Positions 38,501-50,300 of a stretch of DNA of 64,000 bases are shown here, one piece after another. The notes below the pieces were generated by a model. The model was not told where the DNA came from and did no database searches. It saw nothing but the letters and a program-made list of their open reading frames with translations. The stretch comes from Balanoglossus misakiensis (lineage: Eukaryota > Animalia > Hemichordata), in the NCBI GenBank assembly GCA_040954595.2, contig CM082582.2, positions 5,688,303 through 5,752,302 on the forward strand. The letters are read 5' to 3'. Within the stretch, counting starts at the first letter, position 1. Every line of letters starts with the position of its first letter. A program made the position numbers and the translations under genes.

Positions 38501-39768
38501 TGTGCACTACGAGGATGAGGTCCATGGGCCGGACAAGCCCGACAGGGGAAGTCTGCAAGACCTGGAGATGTTGGTGGAATGGTAGGTTTTTTGGCAACCC
38601 TTTCACCAGCATGGTTTGGCCGTAATCCATTGTTTTCTATGGTAAAGTTGAACATATGAAGAGGGAACTGGGGGTGAAAAGGTTAAAGTCTTTAAATGAC
38701 TAGATTCAAATTCCAGGGATTTCTACTGTTGCTGTTTTCATGAAATTTTTCATTAAGCTCTATCAAAGAAGTTTAATTCAGTGCCCCAATAAAATTGTAT
38801 GGTCTCGAAACTCTGTGACATGTTTTGCCCGTAATGAAAAAAACCGTTGTCAAAAAATGCTGACTCAGCTGTTTTCGTCATTATTGGCTAAATTCACAAC
38901 TTTTTATTTCATAAATTAGCCTGGTGAACACTAAATTTGACTACAGATGTTGATAAAAATTAGAAATGAGAATCAAAAACTTGGCAATTATTGAATGCCA
39001 ATATTTTCTATTTTAAATTATCAATCATACAGTGAAAGTATGATGCATGGTTATGGCGAAATCATGTTCTATGAAAAGTCACAGTAAATACTTTTCCCTT
39101 CTTTGTCCTTTCACACACAGTGATGCAGGTGATGTGAGGTTATTATCCAATGGTCAGTTTCACGTACCCGCGTCCTACCCCCCAGTCATGCTGTTGGAGT
39201 ACATGCTGTCCAAACAAAACGAGGCAAGGTTCAGACGTATGCAGTTTCTGAGGTAAGAACCCTAGTCTCTACCCATGTGTGCGTGGTCAGAACCTGTCCA
39301 CATATTTAACGTGATTTGTTATGTTGTTCTGGCCGAATAGTACATGTTGTCAAGTTCATTTTGTTAAAGTTTTGCTGGTTTAAGATATACGGTCACCTAT
39401 GCAAATTTAGCTACAGTTATCATGATCTAAACAATCGCACATTTTCAGTGGGTGCGGAAAAAGAGCGCCACCATTCAAGTTTATTCTACCAAATGTACTT
39501 CAGGAGTTTTCTGAAACTCTTTCACCATCACAGATGTGAACAGAGCTTGAAGGAGCTGACAGAGCGTTGCAAAGAGGAGTTTGATCTGTCCGAGTTGACA
39601 AAAGACAGCGCCGTGTCTCCCGAACAAATGATCGAATGTTGCCAGCGTTTGCTCAGTAATCCGTACGAGCCGGGCGTCAGTCTACGAGGATTGAGTGTGA
39701 AGATTTCCCAGTTTTACGCTGTGTCTCAGGATGGTGAGATCTCAATTCCTTGGGATTGGAAGCTGTAA
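35596..39768 (+). CDS. TCAIM: T-cell activation inhibitor, mitochondrial (DUF4460/DUF4461 family), 9 coding exons
   Basis: Exons 35596-35624, 35978-36113, 36485-36602, 36781-37021, 37244-37464, 37848-37939, 38283-38581, 39121-39252 and 39534-39768 are all phase-consistent. Motifs MFC, ALRPFYFAVHPDFFGQHP.ER, W.CGWG, GQF.VPAS, MI.CC.RL and DG.I.IPWDWK match TCAIM. Confidence 0.93.
38598..38686. mobile_element. 85-bp piggyBac-type MITE, second full copy (TCAIM intron 7)
   Basis: CCCTTTCACCAGCATGGTTTGGCCGTAATCCATTGTTTTCTATGG...GAGGGAACTGGGGGTGAAAAGG-TTAA; colinear with and the same length as 5928-6012. Confidence 0.8.
39380..39477. mobile_element. Partial reverse copy of the Kolobok-like MITE
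   Basis: ATATACGGTCACCTATGCA..TTTAGCTACAGTTA.CATG...TTTTCAGTGGGTG matches the reverse complement of 29860-29943. Confidence 0.65.
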
Positions 39769-40787
39769 CGGTTATTTTTTCCCGAACTTTACTGGAAGAC
39801 CTATGGCTCTCTTCTCCAAACTTAATACTGCTCTGGTGAGGGCAGAGACTTGTGTTCTGCATGAAGACTTTGGTTAGACCCTTTTTACATTTTAATGGGT
39901 GTACAGTGCACAAAGCAATTTGATGGTAGAGTTGGATCTTGGCACATGTGATATTGTGTGTTGGGACTATATAAAGGCTGAATTGAAGTTGTTTAAACTC
40001 GCAAAAATATTGATGTCAGAAAGCTAGTGTTGAAATGAGATGTATGATGAAGGAAATAGCGAACAGAAGAAAGTATTGATATTTCTTTTTTTCTTTGAAT
40101 GCACATTGGAAGTTTAAAGTAACATTTTGCTGTGTGGTGAATATAATAAGGCATTCAGAATGAAAGAAAGATGCACTGGTCCACTGCAAGGAAAATTGTT
40201 TGTGGACATTGTGTTTCAGTTATCGGATAACTTTCTATTTTTAAAGCAGATTACATTTATAAAGACTGCCCGGACAGAATCTTTATTGGCATTTGCAACA
40301 ACTTTTTGGTCAGTTTTATAATTATAATGAAGTTAAATGATCAATTTTGAGGGTTTATTTGTAAACGGCTTCCATACTTTTTCACCCTATAATTTTTTCC
40401 TTGCATTTCTGTGAAATTTGGGCATTTCTGTAGATAATGCAGACCTCATTGTAAATGCTGAGTACCTGTGTAAAGTGTGTACATAATCTGCCCGCTTGTA
40501 CATAATAAAAGAAAACTTTAATTTAATTTTTCAAAAGTAATGCATTTGAATTGTAGATTTTATAGCATTTATGATGATTGTAAACATATAATTAGCAAAC
40601 AAAAAGAATTGTGATGCATTTTCATGACTGATTTTTGTTGTTTTCAAATTGATGTACAGAATGCCCATTACTGAAATATACAAGTACATATTTTAATAGA
40701 GTGAGCAATAAAAATCATGTATTTCTGAAACTTGTACATTCGAGCAATTGCTTTTTTAACCCTGAAATATATGCTGAGTTGTGTTAT

Positions 40788-40926
40788 CATTTCAACTACT
40801 CGGCCAAAATTTTCAACTTTCGGACCTACATTTTCAAATGTTAGCCCCGCAAGTTGAAAAAAGTTGTTCAAGAGTTGAAAATGTTGGTTTGAGAGTTGAA
40901 AATGTAGGTTCGAAAGTTGAAAATGA
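40788..40926. repeat. Foldback-like palindrome built from ~21-bp subrepeats
   Basis: TTTTCAACTTTCGGACCTACATTTTCAA is inverted against TTGAAAATGTAGGTTCGAAAGTTGAAAA, with AGTTGAAAA repeated about every 21 bp. Confidence 0.7.
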
Positions 40927-41377
40927 CCTCAGAATTTTGGCCTTGATTACGCCCCAATCAACCCATTTTTATTTAACCCGTAAAAAACTATGGGACAATG
41001 TGGTACGTACATGTACGTACTCTAGTAAAACTGTTCTATATTACGAGGGAAATATTAAAATGTGTGTATATAAGTGAAATGGGGACAAAAATCATTTCCT
41101 CGTTAATTGTCGCACATAATTCTTGCGCTGTGTAAATTTGACGTTCATCTCCACTTTTGCGACAAAATAATGTTAGAAATTGTAAATATTAGCGCAATGT
41201 TCATTCTGAAGTCATTTTCAGCGGCACGCAATGTTCAAAATGTCTGTACTGTTGATAATTAAATTAATTTTGCTTTGGTGTGGCTGAAATGTTGTGTCGA
41301 GGAATGAGGGGTTCCTAAACTTTTAGAAGTTTCCCATGATTCATTAGTGCGCAGTAAATAAGAGCAAGAGAGGCAAA

Positions 41378-44300
41378 ATGGCGGACCAGACGGAAACGTC
41401 AGTCAAGGCCTCGGAAAAGTTGAACGCGTTTGCCGAGGAAAGTAGACTCAGCGACGGCGGTGATGCCAGCGAAGGAGAGGTTAGTTCAAACACTTTGTGA
41501 TATATATGATTTAGGAGCATATTCCTGCAAGAAATTGCCCTTTTTGTGTGTTATTGTGTCTCGTAGTTTCGGCATGCATGGCTACAGGCGCGGGGGTTGA
41601 TTTGCATACATTCGTGCATTATGATGATGATGATGGTGTATTTTCAAACGGGGGAGTGGTGAGCGGGTATATCATGCGTGATTTTCGCTCCTATGGTGAG
41701 TACGAGCCTTTCGTTCGGTTTTCTGGCGATGTCAACACCCGCATCGCCACGCTTGCGGGCGACAGCGAAACAAACACGATGTTTATTTCGTGTAAACGGA
41801 GAGAGTTTCGAAGTGATGTACATGTCAGGTGGGTGGACCCTTCGAGTTACTCGCTCACAAGTGTGCTATGAACTCTGTTTACAAAATAAGGTCGTCGACA
41901 ACTAGGTTGTTGTGTCCGCTAGCACTGCCGAACGGAGCGGTTCGAACGCCAGTGTCGATATTTTCCCTTGTCCGGAGGTATGACTTGTTTGCTAGCCTAT
42001 ATTATACGTGTGCATTTCTTTCCCATGCCAATGCACCGTAGGTCCTGACATGAGCAAACAATAAGGGGGAAACAGGGTCATTGCACGGCACTGGTGCAAA
42101 CCAGACGAGGGAGGGGCACACAGCAGGTTTTTTGAGGAAGAAATGAGGGTATTGTGCCAGAGGTGCTAACGGGTAAATACCTTTTAGGTGCCTCTTCACC
42201 AACCCGATGCTGCAGACCGAAAAATTAAGTGGTGAAATGTTCGGTCTGAAAGTAAATATTGGCAACTATGGTGAAAATACCTGGAATGTGAAAATTAGAG
42301 TAAAATATTGATTTGGCGGTAATGTTCCCATTTCATACTAGTAATTCGCGTCGTCATGATGCGCATCGTCAACACATCCGTTCTTGATATTACACGCAAC
42401 GTTTTGCGCCGTTATTTTTGGTGGCTTCATTTTTGTTGCGTTTACCATTGGTAACAAGGTCACGTAGACATTGCAACATTCCAAATAAATTTTAAAACGT
42501 CGATTTGACGAAATATATTTTTTTAATGTTCTCGGTATCTTGTTTATTTATCGGTGAAAATGAAATTATTCGCCGAGCTTATTAATTTTTAGCGTAAAAA
42601 CTCGTCAGTTCAATTGCACGATAAGCACGATGATTGTGAGTGTTTCCCATTTCAACATCTACAGACAGTGCCTCACTGAAAAACACAACGAGCATTTGCA
42701 GGATACGGAGCATTATGTTTGTTTGATCCAGACAAGCATGTCTCCCTTCGTTCCGGCAGCCTCCCATGCAGTTCAGAGGGCCGCGGTCGCATGCACAGCT
42801 TACATGATGGAACGACGCTCCATTGGCCAATCGAGACCCTTAACTTTGCATGCATTTAAATATCTAAATAGTTCGGTTGACATGTGATTGTATGCTAATA
42901 CAAAAAAAAAAAAAGAAGCCTGCCGCGTGACGTCAACACAACAAGGTTGCCGAGAGGAAATTTGTTTGCCCGGATGGCTAAACGAGAAACCAGTCTGGTG
43001 AAACATGCCGAACAGGTCGGGGAGTCATCAATTTTTTTTCTCACCTCCGACTTTATCGCGCGAGTTTACTAAAACCGTTGTATAAAATAAATTTGTCCGG
43101 TGTTTCTTTTTCTCTCTCTTCGCAATTGCGGAATAGTAGAGAAACGAAGATGATTTCATTATTAAAATATTCTCAGTTACGTTTTTCTTCTTTCGGGGTG
43201 TTTCGCTTTTCGTTTCGTTTCATGCGCGAAAAAAATGTATGCTGCAGTTGGTGGTTTTACTGATAATTTTTTAGGATCAACGTTTGCGTTTTTTTTTTTT
43301 TTTTGTTCGGTGTTGGTGCAGACGTCTTTTCAAGATGTGGAGAGCGATGACCTGACAGAATTCTTTAACTAATGAAGCTACACCAATATTTATATTATTA
43401 AATAATTGTGAAACTTAAAATGAAATGAAAACGTATTCCGCAGCTGGCTAAATCAGCTTTGCGAGGAGCTCGTTATCACTGATTGTGAAGATAAAATTTG
43501 AGGAGAGAATTATGTCCCGCTAAATTCTACAAGCGTCTATATTTTTGTTTTTGTCGTTTTCATCGTGGGTTACAGTACTCGTACGGTCGGTTATAGTGTT
43601 CGATAACAGTTCATACTAAATCATTGTTGAAATAATTTTATTCGTAAATTTCTCATTCAGTTCTCAAGAGGAATGCGTATGACCGTTGGGGTGAATTTTT
43701 GCTCTTTTTTAACTAAAACTTCATTTCAGTGACTTTGCAACCCTACATGTAGCTATGAGTGAATTCCGCAATTTTTCATGTTTCGCTAAATGCGATATTT
43801 CACATCAGCTGGATAAGAAACGTGTCAAAATTCTGCAATGAAAGAAGCGCATTCATTGATCCAATCAATAACATTGGTCCAATGCAGAACTGTTTGACAG
43901 GTCCTGTGGTAGTTTGAGTTTATACGAAAATGGTTGCAGTTTGTCTTATAGTTACCGCCGACTCGCCGTAATGTCTTCGTAACGTTAGCCGTATATTGCC
44001 GGTGGTTTGTGTCAGAAGCCTTGGCCTGGCCTTCAGTCAGTCGTATTTCAAAAGATCACATGACCTTTGACCTTCAAGTTTAAACAGGACCAACGCCTCG
44101 CGCATGTCTGCTGTGATGTTTTCCATACTCGTGTTCCCTACAAATTTAAGTGTTTAGTTAATTCTTTTTTTTCAGATTTGGGATAGACATACATGTACGT
44201 ATATCTGATGAATATTATTAATTGATCTAATGATGCGATTCTTTTACAACTATTTGATTTTTCGGTGTAAATTGAGGCACGTGTCTAGAAATCTCTCTAG

Positions 44301-47300
44301 GGAAGTTAAAAGTTACTACCATGTGTGAAAGCTCGTTAGTTTCACCTATCTTTCGGCATGACTCTACGTGAGTTCTTCCTCCATTAACTGCGTGCACGTT
44401 TAACACTTTCACCGTTATGAGCTGTGTCCAAATCCATTGTTTTCCAGGGTAAAGTTGGACTCTTAATACGGGCAGAGGGGAACGGCAAAAGTAAATTCAA
44501 ATACGCAGCGGCAGGAAAATTATAGATTTGTCATGCAGTAACTGAACAGCTGCATTTGTACGTATTTTCATACATTATGACAGGGACCTGGCTTGGAAGT
44601 TGATTCAGATACCAGTTGAAGCCATAGGCAGTAATGTACCTGCAGCAAGTTCTGATCTCGGAGTGGTCATGTGATACCCCTTGGATCAGATACCAGATTA
44701 TGTAATCAGCACATAAAGTTGTGAAGTATTGAGTACGGCTTCTTCAACGAGAGAAGAAAACAAATGTCCGAACATTTGCATTTTAAAACGATTCTTGTAT
44801 CGATGACACCAAGAAACTATACATTTCAAAACAGTATAATTAAACATGGAGATATGAATTATCAATTGTAACATTGGAATGTAAACATTCGATTGAGAAA
44901 TGGTAGAATCACATCGGTTCACGTTACATTATATTTTTGCTTTGTACAAGGGAGAGTTGACACAGTTTTCGTAAATACCTTGAGCCAACATTTTCTGTCA
45001 GTTCACAGGCCCCATATATGTATTTCAAAGTGATCAGCTAGTGCTGTTGAAAGGTTTGAGTGAAAATAGCTCTTTTGTGTGCCTAGTCCAAAACTAAGCA
45101 TTGCACAATTTGCAGCTGGTCAGCGCCAGATCTCATTACATGTATCATGTAACACTTGCTGTGATTGGTCCGCCTGTTTTTGAGTGTCTTAAAAACCGAT
45201 GCACATATAACTATAGCACTTGCAGGCATGGGTTGGCTGGGGAATGAGCTAGCTTAGCTGTGCAGACTGGACGATTTGACTTTTTTTCCAATTCTTCTCA
45301 ATGGCCTAGTCATTAATCCTTGGAAAATAGTTTTCTCACTAGGAGAACAACTTTGTTGTTCTATCTCTGTTGACCTCTTGACTGTTTAAAATGTCATTAC
45401 CGGTATTAAAATGTGTGCGTCTAAATCACTTGAAAACGTTCATGCATAAGAAAATGATTGCCTTTGCTCTCCCAGGGGATTGACATCGTTTGTCGTATTT
45501 ATCGTCAAGACTGTGCACTGAGAACGTTGATCCAACATTTCGTAATTGCAATAGTACATCCGAAAAGTCAACAATGTTCATACAAGACTCGGTAATGGGT
45601 CAGTGAATCAGATATAATCAGTGTCTGAGTCACTTTGACGTGGCCATGTTGCTTATTACTACACTACTTCGTACAGAAAAACAACACACCTTCAAGAGAG
45701 CTAGACAAGCATTGTCATTTCGAAACTCTTGCTGTCTAAGACTATTCATGTGTTCATGACGGTTTGCTCTGTGTATGTAGCCACATTATTTTACAGTACG
45801 TCAGCCATGAAACTGTCTTAAAATAGAAATTTGACGTAGGCAGAGTATGCCTTGTGGCGTTAACTGATGTTCTGGCAAAATCACATTTCCAGGAAAGTAT
45901 ATTTAAAGACTTGGTACACATAAATCCCCTGGTTGCTTTTGGAAAAAGTGTGTTCACATGATGTTCCTGAGAGGTATGTAAATTAGGGGATAAAGAATGT
46001 AGGGCACACATGTACATGTATCGGCTGTTGACATGTTGGCACCCGCTAGCAATTTGTCAAGGGGAGACCAGCGCCGCCTGAAATGATGTCCGTCACACTG
46101 GCGTAAAGGAAAGCTCTCGAAAGTGCATCATTGTTGTTAATTATTGATTCCAGAAAAATCGTCAAATCTGAATTCTCTATAGCAGTGTAATATGTTAGCA
46201 GATCAATCGATTTGTGATCAAAAGGCCATTCTTGAACCACACTGATGGGTGCTGATTTGAATTTGATTCACACACACTTGGGTAATTCAGCAGATTCTTG
46301 CAGCGTATTGCAAAACACCTGGGGACCTAATTTGCTCCAGGTGACATTCCTGAGCAAATAAACAAAGGGTGATAGCTGTAACTAAAATGCATCTTGTAAA
46401 ACTAGGTCAGAAAATATATTTTCATCAGAAAAATTGACATTGACATGGTTAATCTTCTCTTGACATAAAATGGTAGGCAAAATACCAATAAAATACGCAA
46501 AGCTGAGCATACATGTATGTGTATGGTCGTCCTTTAATGCATAACTGGCTACTTCTGCATTCAAGTCCACAAAGACAACATGAGCAAATTTTGTTGACAC
46601 AGGTAAAAAATGTTCACAATATCAAGGGCATTTTAATAGTACCGGTAACATGAATTTTGATGGGTTTATAATCTTTCACAGAAAGAAATGTTGAAATTGA
46701 TCACAATCACACGTACACTGTAAAACTTTCAAGTCATCTAAAATGAACCTCCAGTAGAATTGGTTTATTTATATGCAAATATTTGGAGGTCAATGTTGGG
46801 GCAGAATAAAGATTATTCCAAATCCACACGACTCAGAATTATAAACAAATTGCGTGAATATATAATGAATAAACAAGGTTGGGTCTTTGTTTATGTCACT
46901 CACAGACTCTCACCTGTGATCAGCCATAGGGGCACACCGACGGTATTCATGATCGATCTGGGATTTTTCAAGACTGATTGATCACTGAATTTTTTCAACT
47001 CTATTTTACTGCTTGACCCAAACACCAGCACTTCATTTGCATCTAGTACATGTACATACATTGTAAGCCTATGTCATTAGAGTGCGCTCTACCAACTTTT
47101 CTTTGGTGAGCTGCGCCCATAAAAGGATATAGTACTTGATAGTAATCTGAAGTTGTATTTTCGTGTTTTACAGGTCAGCTATTGGACCGTGTCGGGCAAT
47201 GAAATCCTACAGATAGATGGTGCAGAAGACTCGGGTAGTGAGTCAGCTGACAAGGCGTCTGAAGAAAACGGAAAAGAAAACACCCACACCGACAACTCGA

Positions 47301-50300
47301 ACATTTCTCCCAGCTGTCCTGCAACAAAAGAAACTGCCGCTTCAATCAATGGGGAAACCGGAGAAATGAACGATTTGATGAACTCTGCGGACGACGAAGA
47401 AATGCCCGCACAGAGGCGGTCTGCTGTGAACAGTCTACTTCCGAGGAGAGATGTGGCCAAGAAATCCGTGAAGCAGTCCAGACTGGACGCCATCAGCCAT
47501 CGATTGACGTTACTTCAGGATGAACGCCGGAAGTCCGTTCCCGCTGCTCCGGACACCGCTGGGAGTTCCGCTTTTGCCGGGGATCGTGTGTCTGCTGATG
47601 ATGACGGGGTGACCGCAAGTGACGATCAGTGCGAAGTCCCACCCGACCTGCCCCCGGGAACAGTTGTCATTCAACCGGCTGATGTACCGCTTGATGACGG
47701 CAGTGACAAGGATAGTCCTGACAGTGTCGAGCAGGGGAAAAAAGACACTGCCAAAGACCTGACATCCAGCGCTGAAAAAGACTCTCTGAATAGAGATCAA
47801 ACGGACACGCAACGAGGAACTGGCGGTGATGGTGCACTGAACATCTCTGATGATAGTCGACTGAGTGTTAAAAATGCGTCGTTGTGCTCTGACGGGAAGC
47901 AAGACAAAATTGACGATAATGCCTCGGAGAAAAAGACTGCAGCTGAAAACATGGGCAGTGACAATTCAGCAAAAGAGCCTGGGGAGAAGGACAAGCGAAA
48001 GGATTGGTCCAGTATGGTCGGAGATTTCCCCGACCTGGCTGCCGCCTTTGGACTAGAGAACGGTGGGGATGGAGAGCGCAGGACAGAACATGAGAACGAT
48101 CAGGCACCTGGGAGGACGCCGTCGCCAGATGCGTCGCACGTACATCCGCTGTCGGTGCACGCAAGTTCAGGTGCGGCCGACAGCGTACAGAAGCCCAGTA
48201 CCGCGGTGCAGCCTTCAGTCAGCCCGGTCAAGGCCACTCACGCCTTTCCAGTTATGCTCCAACAAGGCCAGAGTAACACCACACTGGGTGTCAGTATGGC
48301 CGCAGTCAAGGGAGTTCAGCAGGCCACCACCTGGACACAGCCGTCGTTCGTGCGAGACCCAACCGCCCAGCGCACACCAACCACCCAGCCGGGACCAACC
48401 ATCATGCTTGGGACTGTCTCACCGGGAGCAGGTGCCCGGCCAGCATCCAAGTACGTTCTTCAGCCAACCCCTCCGGCCAAACAGCCGGTGAAGGTCGTCC
48501 AGCAAGGGGGTAACATTGTGATTCCCATGCCGCAAGTCAGCCAGGGCCAGTCGGTCGTGATCAGAAACGGCAACACAGACATCATTATCCAGAACGGAAA
48601 TATAATTGTGCAGAACAACAATGGGAAGCCAGGCGGGGTAGCACAGCAACAAGCAGGTGCATCTCAGACAGTTTCTAAATCCCCGCCCCAGGTTGGAACA
48701 CCACAAGTACAGCAGCAGCAGGGACAGTCTCTAGTCCGATTCCCCTCCGCGTCTGCATCAACAAACCAACACCAGTTCCCGCTGCAGCAAGCTGGCAAGA
48801 CCAGTTTCAGTCCACTGCTTGTCCCGACAAGTCCAACATCCATTTTCCAGCCGAGGCCGTCGACTCTCCTCCAGCAGAGCCAGCCGGCCGTTATGCAGAA
48901 GAGCCTACCTATCATTTTGCAGCGGAGCCAAGCAGGCATTGGTAGGCCTGGCCAACCAGCACTTGTTCGTTCGAGCCAGCCATCATCGGCACACCAAAGC
49001 CATCCAGGGACACTCTCCCCGAACCTAAGAGGTCTCCTTCTGAGCAAGAACAGAAACATAACTGCTGAACCAAATAGTTCCAGGCAGAGCAGCCAAACGC
49101 TGCCTACAGTACATGTACCTCAGCAAATGAACAATAATAACAGTAAAAAGCTGCCTTCAAAACAAGCATTTGCAGTGCAGATGCGTGTGGATTCACAGAG
49201 CAGGAAAACTGCAAGGTCAGCAGCAGCGACTTCAGTCTCTGGTGGAAGAGTTTCTCTTAGTAATGGACCCAAAGAAGGTGTACAAGGCAGCAATAAAAGC
49301 AGAGCCCAGAACAGCCATGCTGCTTTTACTTCATTGAAGCAGACGCCCACCAAAGCCTGTAGCAGTGAAACAGAGAGCGCAGAAAGTTCGTGCGACGAAA
49401 GCGAAAAGCTGCATGGACAGAGTGCGACAGCACCTTCAAAAGCAGCTAAAGACGGTAGAAATGAGAGTACTCAGCAAAGCAAAGAGCAGAACCCTAGGCG
49501 GTCTAACTTCAAATGCGAGCACTGCTCAGAGCTATTTACAGTGGAGGCGAGCTATAATAACCACCTGAAAGTGTGCGCGGGGACCAACTTTGACCAGATC
49601 CCAAGACCGTATAAATGCAATATGTGTGCCGAGAGATTCATGTACAAATCGTCCTTGATCCTACATGAGCAGAGCGTCTGCAGAAAGAGTGCTTCTAGGG
49701 GGCCATCGTCGAATGATATGTCAACGGGTGTCGGGTTTATGTGCACAAAGTGTTACATCAGGTTCGAAAATGTGGACGAACTGCAGGACCACTATCAGAC
49801 AATACATGAAGGGGTGCCGGAGTCAGTACAATCGACAAAGAAAACAGCTATGCCCCCGTTGCGTAAAGATGACCCACCGTGTCGGGAAAATAAAACTGAG
49901 GATGATAAGACCTCATCAAGTAAACAGGAAGGGAACAGTGTTGATGTGCAAAATAGAATTAGAGAAGATGTAAAAACTCCCAAGAAAGAGAAAACCAGTC
50001 CAGCCAAGAAATATCAGTGTTACCACTGCCAGAGATCGTTCGTCTACTATGGTCCTTACAAATCCCATGCGAGAGAATGCCAGGCACAAACAGCAATGGA
50101 AAAGCAACAGAGAACGTCCACGGGCAGAAAATGCAAGAAACCAGAAGAAAAGCCAAGGAGCCACAAGAAACCAGAAGAAAAGGCCAAGGAAAAGCCAAGA
50201 AGGAAAGGTACAGCACCTGTGAGCTTATTCGGCAATTCCAAAGCAAGGCTGATAACCGATAGAATCTGTGACACCAAAGCTGTGTTGGGAGAGCACGGGA

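Noticed and set aside
40788-40926. CRISPR-like regularly spaced repeats
   Set aside because: Eukaryotic context; the units are short, degenerate and inverted, with no unique spacers or cas genes.
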